In this document: in pieces, positions 11,087 through 20,293 of the stretch
Numbering within the stretch: position 1 is the stretch's first letter
Layout: each line of letters opens with the position of its first letter
Assembly: GCA_963794945.1 (NCBI GenBank)
Contig: CAWCFT010000008.1
Span: forward strand, 98,045 to 162,044
DNA length: 64,000 bases
Source: Endomicrobiales bacterium
Lineage (GTDB): Bacteria; Elusimicrobiota; Endomicrobiia; Endomicrobiales; CAWCFT01
Reading direction: 5' to 3'
Position numbers and translations under genes: made by a program
Notes under the pieces: model-generated
What the model was told of the DNA's origin: nothing
Database searches by the model: none
Seen by the model: only the letters and a program-made list of their open reading frames with translations

Positions 11087-11667
11087 TTGCCTTTCTTGAT
11101 ATTTCTAAAAAAAGATACCAGCGTATCGCCATATTTTTCCTGCCTGAACATTTCAAGGCCTGCCGGCACACTGACAGGCTCTTTTTTATGATGCTGGCCT
11201 ATTATCCAGCCGCCGCTTGCCAGTAATCCCGCGCGGGCTACCCCCAATAGCGCTGGCGTTGTAAGGAAAAGCGGCCGTTTGTGCTCATCCTTGTAAGGCG
11301 GGCCCATGAAAATTATATCGAACTGCAATTTTAACCAATCAAGGCCTTTCGTAATGTCAGCCCGCTGGATCACACCGCGCGCGGCGTAGCCAAGCATATC
11401 AATGTTTTCTTTGATGAGTTTGAGCGATACCGGGCTTTGTTCTATAAAAACCACCCTTCTGGCTCCGTTCGATAACGCCTCGAGCCCAACGGCGCCCGTG
11501 CCAGCGAACATATCAAGGAACTCGGCCCCTTGAAGCTTTGGGCGGATTATGTCAAACAACGACTTTTTCATACGTCCCAGCATCGGCCTTATTGAAAGGT
11601 CATCTGCTTTAAGGGTATTAAGCACCCTGCCTCTTGCATCGCCGCTCAAAATTCTAAGACCGCTCAT
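11083..11667 (-). CDS. rsmD: 16S rRNA (guanine(966)-N2)-methyltransferase
   Basis: LRILSGDARGR, IRP, FLDMFAGTGAVGLEALSNGA, GPPY and KYGDT. Confidence 0.92.
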   Translation of the reverse strand: MSGLRILSGDARGRVLNTLKADDLSIRPMLGRMKKSLFDIIRPKLQGAEFLDMFAGTGAVGLEALSNGARRVVFIEQSPVSLKLIKENIDMLGYAARGVIQRADITKGLDWLKLQFDIIFMGPPYKDEHKRPLFLTTPALLGVARAGLLASGGWIIGQHHKKEPVSVPAGLEMFRQEKYGDTLVSFFRNIKKGN

Positions 11668-11748
11668 TTTTTGCCTGTTTTGAAAGCCTATTCAAATTTA
11701 TATCCGTAATGATAAACGATAAAGATTCCTGAGCAAATTATTCTGATT

Positions 11749-11777
11749 ATTCTACTATTATTTGGAATTTTAGTCAA
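11749..11777 (-). promoter_or_regulatory. sigma70-type promoter for the rsmD-arg run
   Basis: Minus strand TTGACT-N17-TAGAAT. Confidence 0.7.
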
Positions 11778-11778
11778 T

Positions 11779-11810
11779 AAAAATGCCGATATCTCAAGTT
11801 AGATACCGGC
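11779..11810 (-). terminator. Intrinsic terminator downstream of tRNA-Ala
   Basis: Minus strand GCCGGTATCT-aacttg-AGATATCGGC-ATTTTT. Confidence 0.65.
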
Positions 11811-11846
11811 CAATCAGCGCAATTATTGCTTCAGGACATTAATATA

Positions 11847-11919
11847 TGGAGCTGATGGGATTTGAACCCACTACCTCTTCCTTGCCGAGGAAGCGCTCTA
11901 CCAACTGAGCTACAGCCCC
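11847..11919 (-). tRNA. tRNA-Ala(GGC), CCA not encoded
   Basis: Cloverleaf GGGGCTG..CAGCTCCA with G3:U70; anticodon arm CTTCC-TCGGCAA-GGAAG; T loop TTCAAAT. Confidence 0.93.
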
Positions 11920-11925
11920 AAAACT

Positions 11926-12036
11926 AAATATCAAATATTAAACATCAAATATCAAAAATAAGGTTAACTACTCCTATAAATTTATTTTGCAGCGCAAAAC
12001 TCGATAATTTTGATCTTTAATGCTTGATTTTTGGAT
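11926..12036. repeat. Heptamer tandem/inverted repeat element (AAATATC family) in the tRNA-Ala leader
   Basis: aaatatc-aaatatt-aaacatc-aaatatc-aaaaata ... tttgatc-tttaatg-cttgatt-tttggat. Confidence 0.75.
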
Positions 12037-12053
12037 TACTTAAAGTAGAAAAG

Positions 12054-12082
12054 AATATACAATAATAATGAATGAAAGTCAA
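12054..12082 (-). promoter_or_regulatory. sigma70-type promoter for tRNA-Ala
   Basis: Minus strand TTGACT-N17-TATATT. Confidence 0.65.
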
Positions 12083-12117
12083 ATTTTATGTGAAAGAAGC
12101 GGAAAAAAGGGAGGCTA

Positions 12118-13134
12118 TTACCAAACATCGCGCGCCATACTTACGTTTTCGAGGTCGTCTGCTACTATCATATTCATGGAGCCTTGCGCCACAAGAACAC
12201 TTCTGATCAGCACGGCACGTCCGGAAGATGAACCGGCTATCGCCACCTCAAACCCGCCAGGAAAGTTGTTTGATGCGACTCCGTACTCCGGGATGGTTTT
12301 CGGGCATGCGGGTGTCGTCCACTTTGAACTGTTGGAAGAAACACCGTAGCTGAACCCCCCGATCACGACCCCGGTTATCATGCTTGTCAAAACTTTAAAG
12401 CGGTACATTGGGATCGTGTATGAGCCGGCCGCCGTAATACCGCCAGCCGAACTAAACGAAAAGAACGCGCTATTTTCACTTGTTTGGGTTGAATCCCATG
12501 CATTTTTTATCCCCATTGCGTAAAGGGCCGCGATAGCATTTTGCTGTTTGTTACCTGTCGTGGGAATAGATGTGATCTGGTCATAATCCGCGAACTGGAT
12601 GCTCTGCCACTCAATAACATTGTATGACGGCGCGGCCCTGATGGGCTTAGGTGTCACAGCGGTAAGGTAATAATAGTTTAATCTATATACATCAACTTTC
12701 ACAGTTGAAGTCCCGCTAAGCAGTGTAGGCATAGAATCGTTACTGGCGAAAAACAGGCAGTTCCCGACAGAAGCCTGATTAAAGTTAGTGGTCCCCAACG
12801 CAAGGGTGCCTATTTCCTGTATAGTGGGAAGCACAGAACCTGTCAGTATCATGGGAGCGCCTGGGCCGCTAATGCTCGACAAATAAACATTATCAGCGGC
12901 TGTATTATTAAATATGCGCTTGCAGGAACCAAGCCTCAAGTATATCCTGTTAAGAGTTGCCTGGTTCGTCACTCTGAGCTGCGTAGCCGCCTCGTACATC
13001 GAATAGCTTTTTGTGGTTTGCATGAGAAGCATCGCAATTACGGGCGTGACTATGCCAAAGATGGCAACCGCCATCATGAGTTCGACCATTGTCGCGCCAA
13101 GCTTACTGTGATATACTGAATTGTACTTGATCAT
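12118..13134 (-). CDS. Prepilin-type N-terminal cleavage/methylation protein (PilW/GspJ-like)
   Basis: SKLG|ATMVELMMAVAIFGIV is a class III signal peptide with Glu at +5. Body is Ser/Thr/Asn-rich. Confidence 0.8.
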   Translation of the reverse strand: MIKYNSVYHSKLGATMVELMMAVAIFGIVTPVIAMLLMQTTKSYSMYEAATQLRVTNQATLNRIYLRLGSCKRIFNNTAADNVYLSSISGPGAPMILTGSVLPTIQEIGTLALGTTNFNQASVGNCLFFASNDSMPTLLSGTSTVKVDVYRLNYYYLTAVTPKPIRAAPSYNVIEWQSIQFADYDQITSIPTTGNKQQNAIAALYAMGIKNAWDSTQTSENSAFFSFSSAGGITAAGSYTIPMYRFKVLTSMITGVVIGGFSYGVSSNSSKWTTPACPKTIPEYGVASNNFPGGFEVAIAGSSSGRAVLIRSVLVAQGSMNMIVADDLENVSMARDVW

Positions 13135-16100
13135 AGCCGTAATGTAATGGATAATTTTGCCTGTATGCCTCAACACACAAAATATAGCTTACTCCTTTTG
13201 TAAGCCCCGAAAGATTATTCCATGTATACGATGTGGTGCTTAAAGAGTGAGCTGAATCATAAATGCCTTCCTGCGCTATAGTGCCGTCGCTGCAGAAACG
13301 CCAATTTGCGCCGTCGAAATATTTTACATTGTATACCATTGTGGTGCTTTCCGAATATCCCGCAGTATAATCAACTGTGTAAAGATTTCCGTCCCACCTC
13401 AGCCATGAGATCGTCCATGTTATAGGGATCGAAGTAGTCGCGTTATTAAATGAACTGGTCACCAGCGGATTGGTTATCTGGACATAAGGCAGTTGCGGAA
13501 TATGACTCTGCCCCGTGTAGAGCCCAGCATCGAGAAAAGACCTTATCATGTTCATTACTATGTACCCGCCCATCTGTATAGTGCCGAAATTCGACTGTGT
13601 AGAAAGGCCGTTGGCCGAAACGTAACAGGTACTGGAACCCAGCACCATTTGCACCACAGCGCTCGCGTTGTCCGAACTACTGTATTCGGAAGTATAGTAA
13701 ACCCTTGAAACCCCGGTAGCGGGTACAGTGGGTATTGAAATAGTAGTTCTCATGCCTGAATAAATGGAGTTGTTCCATTCAGGCGGCATGCCATTGTTCG
13801 AGTTATTGAGGTTAAAAGGCCTTGGGGCGGAGATCGGGGTTATAAGCGGCTGGCTGAAAACTGTCGACATATCAAGGCCCAAAGCGGTGATATCTCCATT
13901 AGAGCCATCGGCAAAGTCATGGCCGTAGGTTCCGGAACCGTTTCCCGCTGTTTGACCGTTATAAAATGACTCGCACCCCTGAGAGCCGGTGTTAACCGAC
14001 CTGTTAAAGTTAAAATAATTGTTGAACGGAGCCGTAGTATGAGTTGTGCGCCAGTAATTCCCTGGCCCTGTAGGCACATTGCCTGTGCTTGTCCAGGTGG
14101 CGTAATCCTGATCCTGATATAGTTCCCCTATCCAGTTCTTCGCAAACCAGGTTAAATCAGTACTTGCAATAAGTCTTACCGGGCCGTTCAATATTTCATC
14201 TATATGAGTCAAGCTGTTATCCGTAACTGTGTTCCATGGCTGGTTGATGAACGGCAATGACCCGGTAGGAGGAGCGCCGTAAAATGGATCCTTATCCATG
14301 CCGAATTCGCCTCCCATTCCGACATAGTAATAGCTGAACCCGTTCATAGTGGTCCATATGCTTTCAGTAGCAAGCAGGCCCTGGCGGTAAATCTGGAAAT
14401 ACCTCGGGATATCCATATCGCAATTCCCGTTCCAGCCGTTCGTTGTATACGAAAAGCTGCTGTAGCTGAACTGGGTGTTAGGTATAGATGTGAACCACCA
14501 GTTGTACCTGCTGGTTTGTTTTACATCAAGATAAGGGCAATGGCGCGGGTCGCCCATGAACTGGTACTGCTCTGTCACAGGAGGCGCCTGGTTAACCCAG
14601 AAATATGTCCTGGAAAGGTTCGGATACTGATATTGAATGCCGGTATTCAGGTCTGAACCTATACGCGTTTCAACCGTGTGCATGCCTGTGGCAAAAGAGT
14701 TCGCGGCAAAAGTTATAACCCACCTGGCTGTATTCTTGGTTATACTTGAGGTGACGAGATCGTTTGAAAAACCATCCGTTATATTGCCCACGGGGCAGGG
14801 AATGTATTCAAGTCCGTAAAGAGTATTGGCTGAACTTAAGCCACCGTTGCTGGCACTTGAAGTTGAATTAAAGATAGGGCTGTCGAGGAGCGTTATTAAT
14901 GTTCCACCTCCCGCCGGGTTCGTAACCGTGCAAACTGAGGTGGATTTTGAGAGATCAACACTGACTCTCTGATAAGCGGTGTCAGGGCCGCCGACAATTT
15001 CCTGCACAGTTATATTCGAGCTTGTTACAGTATCAGTTGGTATATAAACCGTGGCAAGGGGGATTTTATCAAATGGAACAAGTTCTTTGAGTTGATGCGC
15101 GCTTGACCAGTAAAGCTTTGCGCAAGCAACGCCAGTGTCTTGATAATAATCCATTTCAACGTAATATGTGCTATTTGCTGTAAGAGGGCAAATTGCGGTG
15201 GAAGTGGACATAGTGGCGGCCTGGTCGTTCCAGTCACTTATAAGGTTTGTAATGGTTGAACCATTGGTAATATTTAAATTTACCCCATCGTCAGTAAGTG
15301 CATAAAAAGTATAATTTTCAGAATATTCTGGCGTAATATAACCGGTCCACCTTACGACAAACTTGTTAACGCTTATTGAAGGATCAGGAGGGTTGGGATT
15401 AACAGGGTTTCCGCTGCCGCACCAGTCAAAGTTTATATTTCTATCATAGCGTGTAAGAGTTGGTGTCATAGTGTTAATATTACTAGGATTTGGCGGAGTA
15501 CTATTGAAAGCGTTGGAATAATACTGTCCCAGAACGCCGACATTATTGCTGGTGCGGTACGAATAAACCCGCAGTGTTACCGGATTGGATGCACTTGTAT
15601 ATTCGAGATTCTGCGGATGAGTAACAAGCCTCTTATACGGAAATATCGCAGGTGACTTGGCGGCGTCAGAATAATTGCGCATAGGCGGTAAAGGCATGAG
15701 TTCTCCGTGAAGGTTTACAATGATCGCATTCTTATAAGCCGCCGGGTTAGAATTCATGTTCTCTATCAGCATCCTCAGGCTAGGCTCAGGGTCGCCTCCG
15801 GGCAGTGAGGAATAATAATTATAAAGGGCCAGTTCATCCGGATACCTGACGGCATGATTTTGCATATCACAGAGAGGGTAACTTGCGGCATTTGTCCTTA
15901 CATTGTCAACGTCAAGCCGCCCGCCTATCATGGATGCGAGATAATAATCATATGGAACATTAGCTGGAAGGCCGTCAGCGCCCGTCGTCCTCATATGACC
16001 TGGATAGAAATACACATAAGGCATGGCAACATCATTTGTATCATCGTCCTCGTTGATGTAAGGATAATATTCCTGATCTCTACCGTAAGCCAGCCGGTGT

Positions 16101-16747
16101 ATCAAATGCGGCCTTATTATAAGCCCGGGATTTAAAAGCTCTATGCTCTGCAATACGTTGTCAAAGACAGAACTCATCGTTGACAGATCCGACCACCAGC
16201 CAGGAACGTTTTGGATCTCAATAATGTAAACATCAAGGACCTGAGTGGGAACTGGGTTCGCGGTTATCGTCCTCAATATAGCGACAGTCTCAGCAAGGGT
16301 CTCTGCTGGTTGTCCGGGGTTTGAAAGGCTATTGCGGTAGATATCCACTGTGACCCTTCTTGTATAAGGGTTATTCGGGTCCTTTAAAACATTGATGTTT
16401 CTCAGATATTTCCACTTACCGCCGCGGATGATGTTGCCGCTTAACGGGTTTCCGGGGTCCGTTATAGCCTGATTTGATGTAAGCATATAGCTGTAGGTGC
16501 TTCCATCATTATAGTCATCAAGCACGTTAATTTGCGTTATTTCCGCGCCCGAAACAAGCGACCGCAGTTCTTCCATTATCTGTATGGCCTTTTCCGTAGC
16601 GAACGCTTTATCCTTTATCTCCACGGACTGCTTGCTCATAAAATTCTGGATATAAATTATCGACATGCTCACGATAGCAAGGATAGACACCGCGAGTATA
16701 GCCTCTAGAACGCTGAAACCTTTTTGAGATCTGAATATTTTATTCAT
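13103..16747 (-). CDS. Giant (~1210 aa) prepilin-type protein with an internal PA14 domain (PilV/GspI-like N-terminus)
   Basis: QKG|FSVLEAILAVSILAIV signal. PA14 signature at about 15070-15540: GVLGQYYS, INFDW, FVVRWTGYITP, YTFYALTDDG, YYVEMDYYQDTG, AKLYWSS. Confidence 0.85.
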   Translation of the reverse strand: MNKIFRSQKGFSVLEAILAVSILAIVSMSIIYIQNFMSKQSVEIKDKAFATEKAIQIMEELRSLVSGAEITQINVLDDYNDGSTYSYMLTSNQAITDPGNPLSGNIIRGGKWKYLRNINVLKDPNNPYTRRVTVDIYRNSLSNPGQPAETLAETVAILRTITANPVPTQVLDVYIIEIQNVPGWWSDLSTMSSVFDNVLQSIELLNPGLIIRPHLIHRLAYGRDQEYYPYINEDDDTNDVAMPYVYFYPGHMRTTGADGLPANVPYDYYLASMIGGRLDVDNVRTNAASYPLCDMQNHAVRYPDELALYNYYSSLPGGDPEPSLRMLIENMNSNPAAYKNAIIVNLHGELMPLPPMRNYSDAAKSPAIFPYKRLVTHPQNLEYTSASNPVTLRVYSYRTSNNVGVLGQYYSNAFNSTPPNPSNINTMTPTLTRYDRNINFDWCGSGNPVNPNPPDPSISVNKFVVRWTGYITPEYSENYTFYALTDDGVNLNITNGSTITNLISDWNDQAATMSTSTAICPLTANSTYYVEMDYYQDTGVACAKLYWSSAHQLKELVPFDKIPLATVYIPTDTVTSSNITVQEIVGGPDTAYQRVSVDLSKSTSVCTVTNPAGGGTLITLLDSPIFNSTSSASNGGLSSANTLYGLEYIPCPVGNITDGFSNDLVTSSITKNTARWVITFAANSFATGMHTVETRIGSDLNTGIQYQYPNLSRTYFWVNQAPPVTEQYQFMGDPRHCPYLDVKQTSRYNWWFTSIPNTQFSYSSFSYTTNGWNGNCDMDIPRYFQIYRQGLLATESIWTTMNGFSYYYVGMGGEFGMDKDPFYGAPPTGSLPFINQPWNTVTDNSLTHIDEILNGPVRLIASTDLTWFAKNWIGELYQDQDYATWTSTGNVPTGPGNYWRTTHTTAPFNNYFNFNRSVNTGSQGCESFYNGQTAGNGSGTYGHDFADGSNGDITALGLDMSTVFSQPLITPISAPRPFNLNNSNNGMPPEWNNSIYSGMRTTISIPTVPATGVSRVYYTSEYSSSDNASAVVQMVLGSSTCYVSANGLSTQSNFGTIQMGGYIVMNMIRSFLDAGLYTGQSHIPQLPYVQITNPLVTSSFNNATTSIPITWTISWLRWDGNLYTVDYTAGYSESTTMVYNVKYFDGANWRFCSDGTIAQEGIYDSAHSLSTTSYTWNNLSGLTKGVSYILCVEAYRQNYPLHYGYDQVQFSISQ

Positions 16748-16827
16748 ATCAATAACCTTTATCGGCACCTGCCTATATGGCCTGGAATCAAGAATATATC
16801 ATTGTAAATCCAAGTGTTTTTGACAGA

Positions 16828-18212
16828 CTAAAAGTTTGATATGCCGGTAAAAACCCTGTAAGTCGACTTCATTTCGCGGTATTGGCAAACGATCTGGTTA
16901 ACTGTAGCGAGGATTCCTTTGCTATATACAATTTGACTGCTTTGCGATGCGCCTGATTCCGAAAGTGTAAGTCCCTGCCAAGCCACTACACACCCTGCAA
17001 TAACATTGCTGTCATATATGGTAACCGTGCCTGTGCAGTATATCAACCCTTCGTAATCGCAGTTTGACCCTGAATCAAGAATTAAATTTCCGTCAACAAA
17101 GAGGATTCCGCTGGAAAATAGGTTATGCGACACAGTGAACTCGGCGTTGCCGCAGATGTACACAAGGCACATATTCGGTAAAGGATTGGGAAGCTGGTTT
17201 ACATTAGTGACAAGATAGTTAGCCATTATCTGCAGGTCTGATGTTGAAACTCCAAGGACATAAGACGGTGTACAGCTTGCGACTATCACCGATAGCCCGG
17301 CTGACCCCGTTATGTTCCCTCCGCTATTTATTAGATATGGCGGATTGGCCCCTCCGGAATAACCAACAGCATAATAACTAGTGCCTCCTGCTATAAGGCC
17401 AAGATTGTTAACTATTACGGTTGGCGTCAGACTGGATTACCCTTTTTTCCTGCCGGAGTCCCGCCGTAGTTAGTAATAACCGCGCAGTGAGGAAGGTTTA
17501 AATTGATCCTTCTTATTTCGGTAGAGACCATTGACCTCGCGAGAACATTTTTCATATTGAAAGTTGATGTTGCGCCGTTACATGTATATGTATTACTGGA
17601 TGCTTTGTAAATATAACCCCTGCTTCCGATGTACCAGGCGTAACCATTTCCTGTTACCGCTCCGTTAAAAAACCTCTGCCCGCTAATGTCGTGAACAGAA
17701 TATGAATCGTAAACTACTCCGGCAACCGCGGGGTTGGTTTGGCGCCTTACTTCATACCTCCCGTAAAGCCCGGTGGCGGCATTTAACGGGTATTCCTGAA
17801 CCATGCCAAGGCTTGTGTCTATAGTGGCGCTCAAAGCTGAACTTGTACTGTATTGCGGATTAAAAGCGCTGTCCGCCCAGGAACCGTTGGGCATGGAGCC
17901 GCCGAGGGCAGCAACCGCAGCAACCGGCTGAGTGGGCTGATTCTTAAACCAGGAAATAGCGTCTTGCAGTCCGGCCCTTGCCACGTTGTCAACTTCTGAG
18001 CCCTGGTGTTCCTGATGCATGACAGTATTGTAGGCAGTGGTAATAAGCTGTGCCCCAACAATGGCAAGCATAGCAATAACCACAGATAGTATAAGGGCAG
18101 TAATAAGGGCGGAACCTTCCGTTTTTATGGGGTTGTGATTGTGCAGAAAATGGCGGACAGGGCTGGGGATGGCTATAGAAATTGATTTAACCCAAAAACG
18201 CTTTAGTGACAT
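16828..18212 (-). CDS. PilX/GspK-like minor pilin (one frameshift near 17430)
   Basis: KTEG|SALITALILSVVIAMLAIVG (no Glu5) and ARAGLQDA. The downstream frame is open from about 17435 through the 16828..17289 ORF (GILFVDGNL, GLIYCTGTV). Confidence 0.75.
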
Positions 18213-18276
18213 CTAAATACCTTACTCGCGGAAGAATTATAGATGAAGCCGCGAATCTGCTGTTATTTCCGTTACC

Positions 18277-18305
18277 AGTATAGCACAAAGACCATTATTT
18301 TTCAA
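18277..18305 (-). promoter_or_regulatory. sigma70-type promoter for the pilin cluster
   Basis: Minus strand TTGAAA-N17-TATACT with an extended -10 TG. Confidence 0.65.
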
Positions 18306-18457
18306 TAATTTTAATGGTGTGCTATTGCGCACATATACCCTACGTATTCACTCCAAACTATTTTCAATAAAAAAATTGATAATTCAATGATATCTTTTTT
18401 ATTTTTTGGCTTTTGCGTTTTAACTGCCGCGAAGACTTAATTCCCGGGGCTTTTTCT

Positions 18458-18486
18458 TTGACAGCCGTTGTTTTTTTTGTTAAAAT
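18458..18486 (+). promoter_or_regulatory. sigma70-type promoter for the tmk operon
   Basis: TTGACA-N17-TAAAAT with an extended -10 TG, 13 nt before the tmk ATG. Confidence 0.75.
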
Positions 18487-18499
18487 ATTACACTAAATT

Positions 18500-19148
18500 A
18501 TGAAAGGTTTTTTTATTACTTTTGAGGGTTGTGAAGGGAGCGGGAAGAGCACGCAGTCTAGGCTGCTGTGCGAACTGCTCCAAAAAAAAAGGCTGCAAAG
18601 TAACGCATACGCGGGAGCCGGGCGGCACAAAGATATCTGAAGCCGTGAGGCGCATACTGCTTGACCCAAAGAACAACATTACCCCGATTGCCGAACTTTT
18701 TCTTTATGAAACGGCCCGCACGCAGCACATAGCGGACGTGATCAAACCAGCCCTTGAAGCTGGGCATATAGTCGTTTGTGACCGTTTCACGGATGCGACT
18801 ATTGCCTACCAGGGATACGGCCGCGGCCTTGATATCGCGGTTATCAAAAAGCTGAACTTCATCGCAGCCTGCGGCATAAGACCCGATATGACCGTATATC
18901 TGGACATTTCTGCTGAAGCAGGCCTCAGGAAAGCGCGTTCTATAAAAAAGGATTTCAAGAAGGCCTGCGACAGGCTGGAAGGAGAGGATATCTCTTTCCA
19001 CGAACGGGTAAGAAAGGGATACCTTGCCCTAGCCAAGCAGGAGCCTGAAAGGATCAAAGTCATAGCAACACAGAGCACCATTGCCGGAACCCAAAAGAAG
19101 GTTTCAAAGGCAGTCTTAGACTGTCTTAAAACCAGCTATAAGTTGTAA
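18500..19148 (+). CDS. tmk: Thymidylate kinase (one extra A in the A9 run at 18582-18590)
   Basis: MKGFFITFEGCEGSGKSTQ from 18500, then TREPGG, CDRF and AYQGYGRG in the shifted frame. Confidence 0.95.
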
Positions 19149-19224
19149 GCTGTAAGAATGAAAGCTGTAAGAAAAAGACTTATCAGTTTTTTTCTGGCTT
19201 ATCGCTTAAAGCTTATAGCTTAAA
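19135..19224. repeat. Heptamer tandem/inverted repeat element (GCTGTAA family)
   Basis: gctataa-gttgtaa-gctgtaa..gctgtaa ... gcttatc-gcttaaa-gcttata-gcttaaa. The left arm contains the tmk stop. Confidence 0.8.
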
Positions 19225-19236
19225 ACTATAATAATT

Positions 19237-20196
19237 ATGTTCTTTAACGATATCATTAACCAACAGAAAGCCAAAACAATACTTTCGGGCCAGCTCGGCT
19301 CGGGCCGTATAGCGCACGCTTACCTATTCCTCGGCCAGGACGGCATCGGCCGGAAGAAAACGGCGCTGGAGCTCGCGAGAACTCTCAACTGCGCGAAAAA
19401 CACTGTGGCAAAAAAGTTCGAAGAGGCCTGCGGCCATTGCGTTTCCTGTAAGAAAATAGAACATTTTAACCATCCGGATGTAACAGTTATCGACCTGGCA
19501 TACCAGGCACGCCTCGAGAACAAGGAAGTTGAAAAACAGAAAACGCTAAAGATAGACACGATAAGGGCGATGCAAAAGGATATAAGCTTTAAACCCTCCG
19601 AAGGCAGGTGGAAGGTTTATGTAGTTGAGCCGGCAGAAAAGATAACGTTGGACGCTGCGAACTGTCTTTTAAAAACGCTTGAAGAACCGCCGGCGTGGAC
19701 AGTAATAGTTTTGCTGGCAAAGCACAAGGAAAACCTGCCGGCAACGATAGTATCAAGAACCCAGATGATAAACTTCGCGCCTCTTTCGGAGCGTGAGGTC
19801 GCGGGATACCTTGTTTCAAATCACGGCGCTTCAGCGTCACAAGCAGGCGAGATAGCGGCAAAGTGCGAAGGATCGCTCTCTTCTGCGATTACAATGCTGG
19901 AGGATAACGAGAACCTCTCGCCCGCGCTATGGCAAAAGTTAAGGTCCGGGTCGCTTAGCTCAGCTGACATGCTTTTTACCAGCCAACAGTTCTCAAAGAA
20001 CGCTCAGGAGCTGCTCGACGGCCTGATCAACGAAGCCAAGAATGATTTCCGCGCCGGCGCTGTCAATTCCGGTTACGCGGTAGAAGAGATATCTAACTCC
20101 AGAAAATTGCTTGAGCAGAATGTTAATCCGCAGATGGTGCTTGACGTGCTTTTGCTTAAAATGAACGAACGCCGTAAGAATAATATCAAAAATTAA
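19237..20196 (+). CDS. holB: DNA polymerase III subunit delta'
   Basis: HAYLFLGQDGIG, CGHCVSC zinc motif, HPD, AANCLLKTLEEPP and TIVSR. Follows tmk. Confidence 0.95.
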   Translation: MFFNDIINQQKAKTILSGQLGSGRIAHAYLFLGQDGIGRKKTALELARTLNCAKNTVAKKFEEACGHCVSCKKIEHFNHPDVTVIDLAYQARLENKEVEKQKTLKIDTIRAMQKDISFKPSEGRWKVYVVEPAEKITLDAANCLLKTLEEPPAWTVIVLLAKHKENLPATIVSRTQMINFAPLSEREVAGYLVSNHGASASQAGEIAAKCEGSLSSAITMLEDNENLSPALWQKLRSGSLSSADMLFTSQQFSKNAQELLDGLINEAKNDFRAGAVNSGYAVEEISNSRKLLEQNVNPQMVLDVLLLKMNERRKNNIKN

Positions 20197-20279
20197 AAAT
20201 CAAATATCAAATTTTAGGTTAAAGCCTTTTATAGAAACAAGATAGATCAATTTTTATTTTTTATATTTGAATTTTGATT
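20184..20279. repeat. Heptamer tandem/inverted repeat element (AAATATC family)
   Basis: tatcaaa-aattaaa-aatcaaa-tatcaaa ... ttttatt-ttttata-tttgaat-tttgatt. The left arm contains the holB stop. Confidence 0.7.
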
Positions 20280-20293
20280 TACAGGAGTTATAT

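Noticed and set aside
12118..18212. Diversity-generating retroelement or pilin antigenic-variation cassettes acting on the pilins
   Set aside because: No reverse transcriptase, template/variable repeat pair or silent pilin copies were visible in the window.
11847..18212. Pilin cluster as a tRNA-Ala-integrated genomic island
   Set aside because: The cluster lies on the 5' side of the tRNA, and no integrase or duplicated tRNA fragment was found at the far end.
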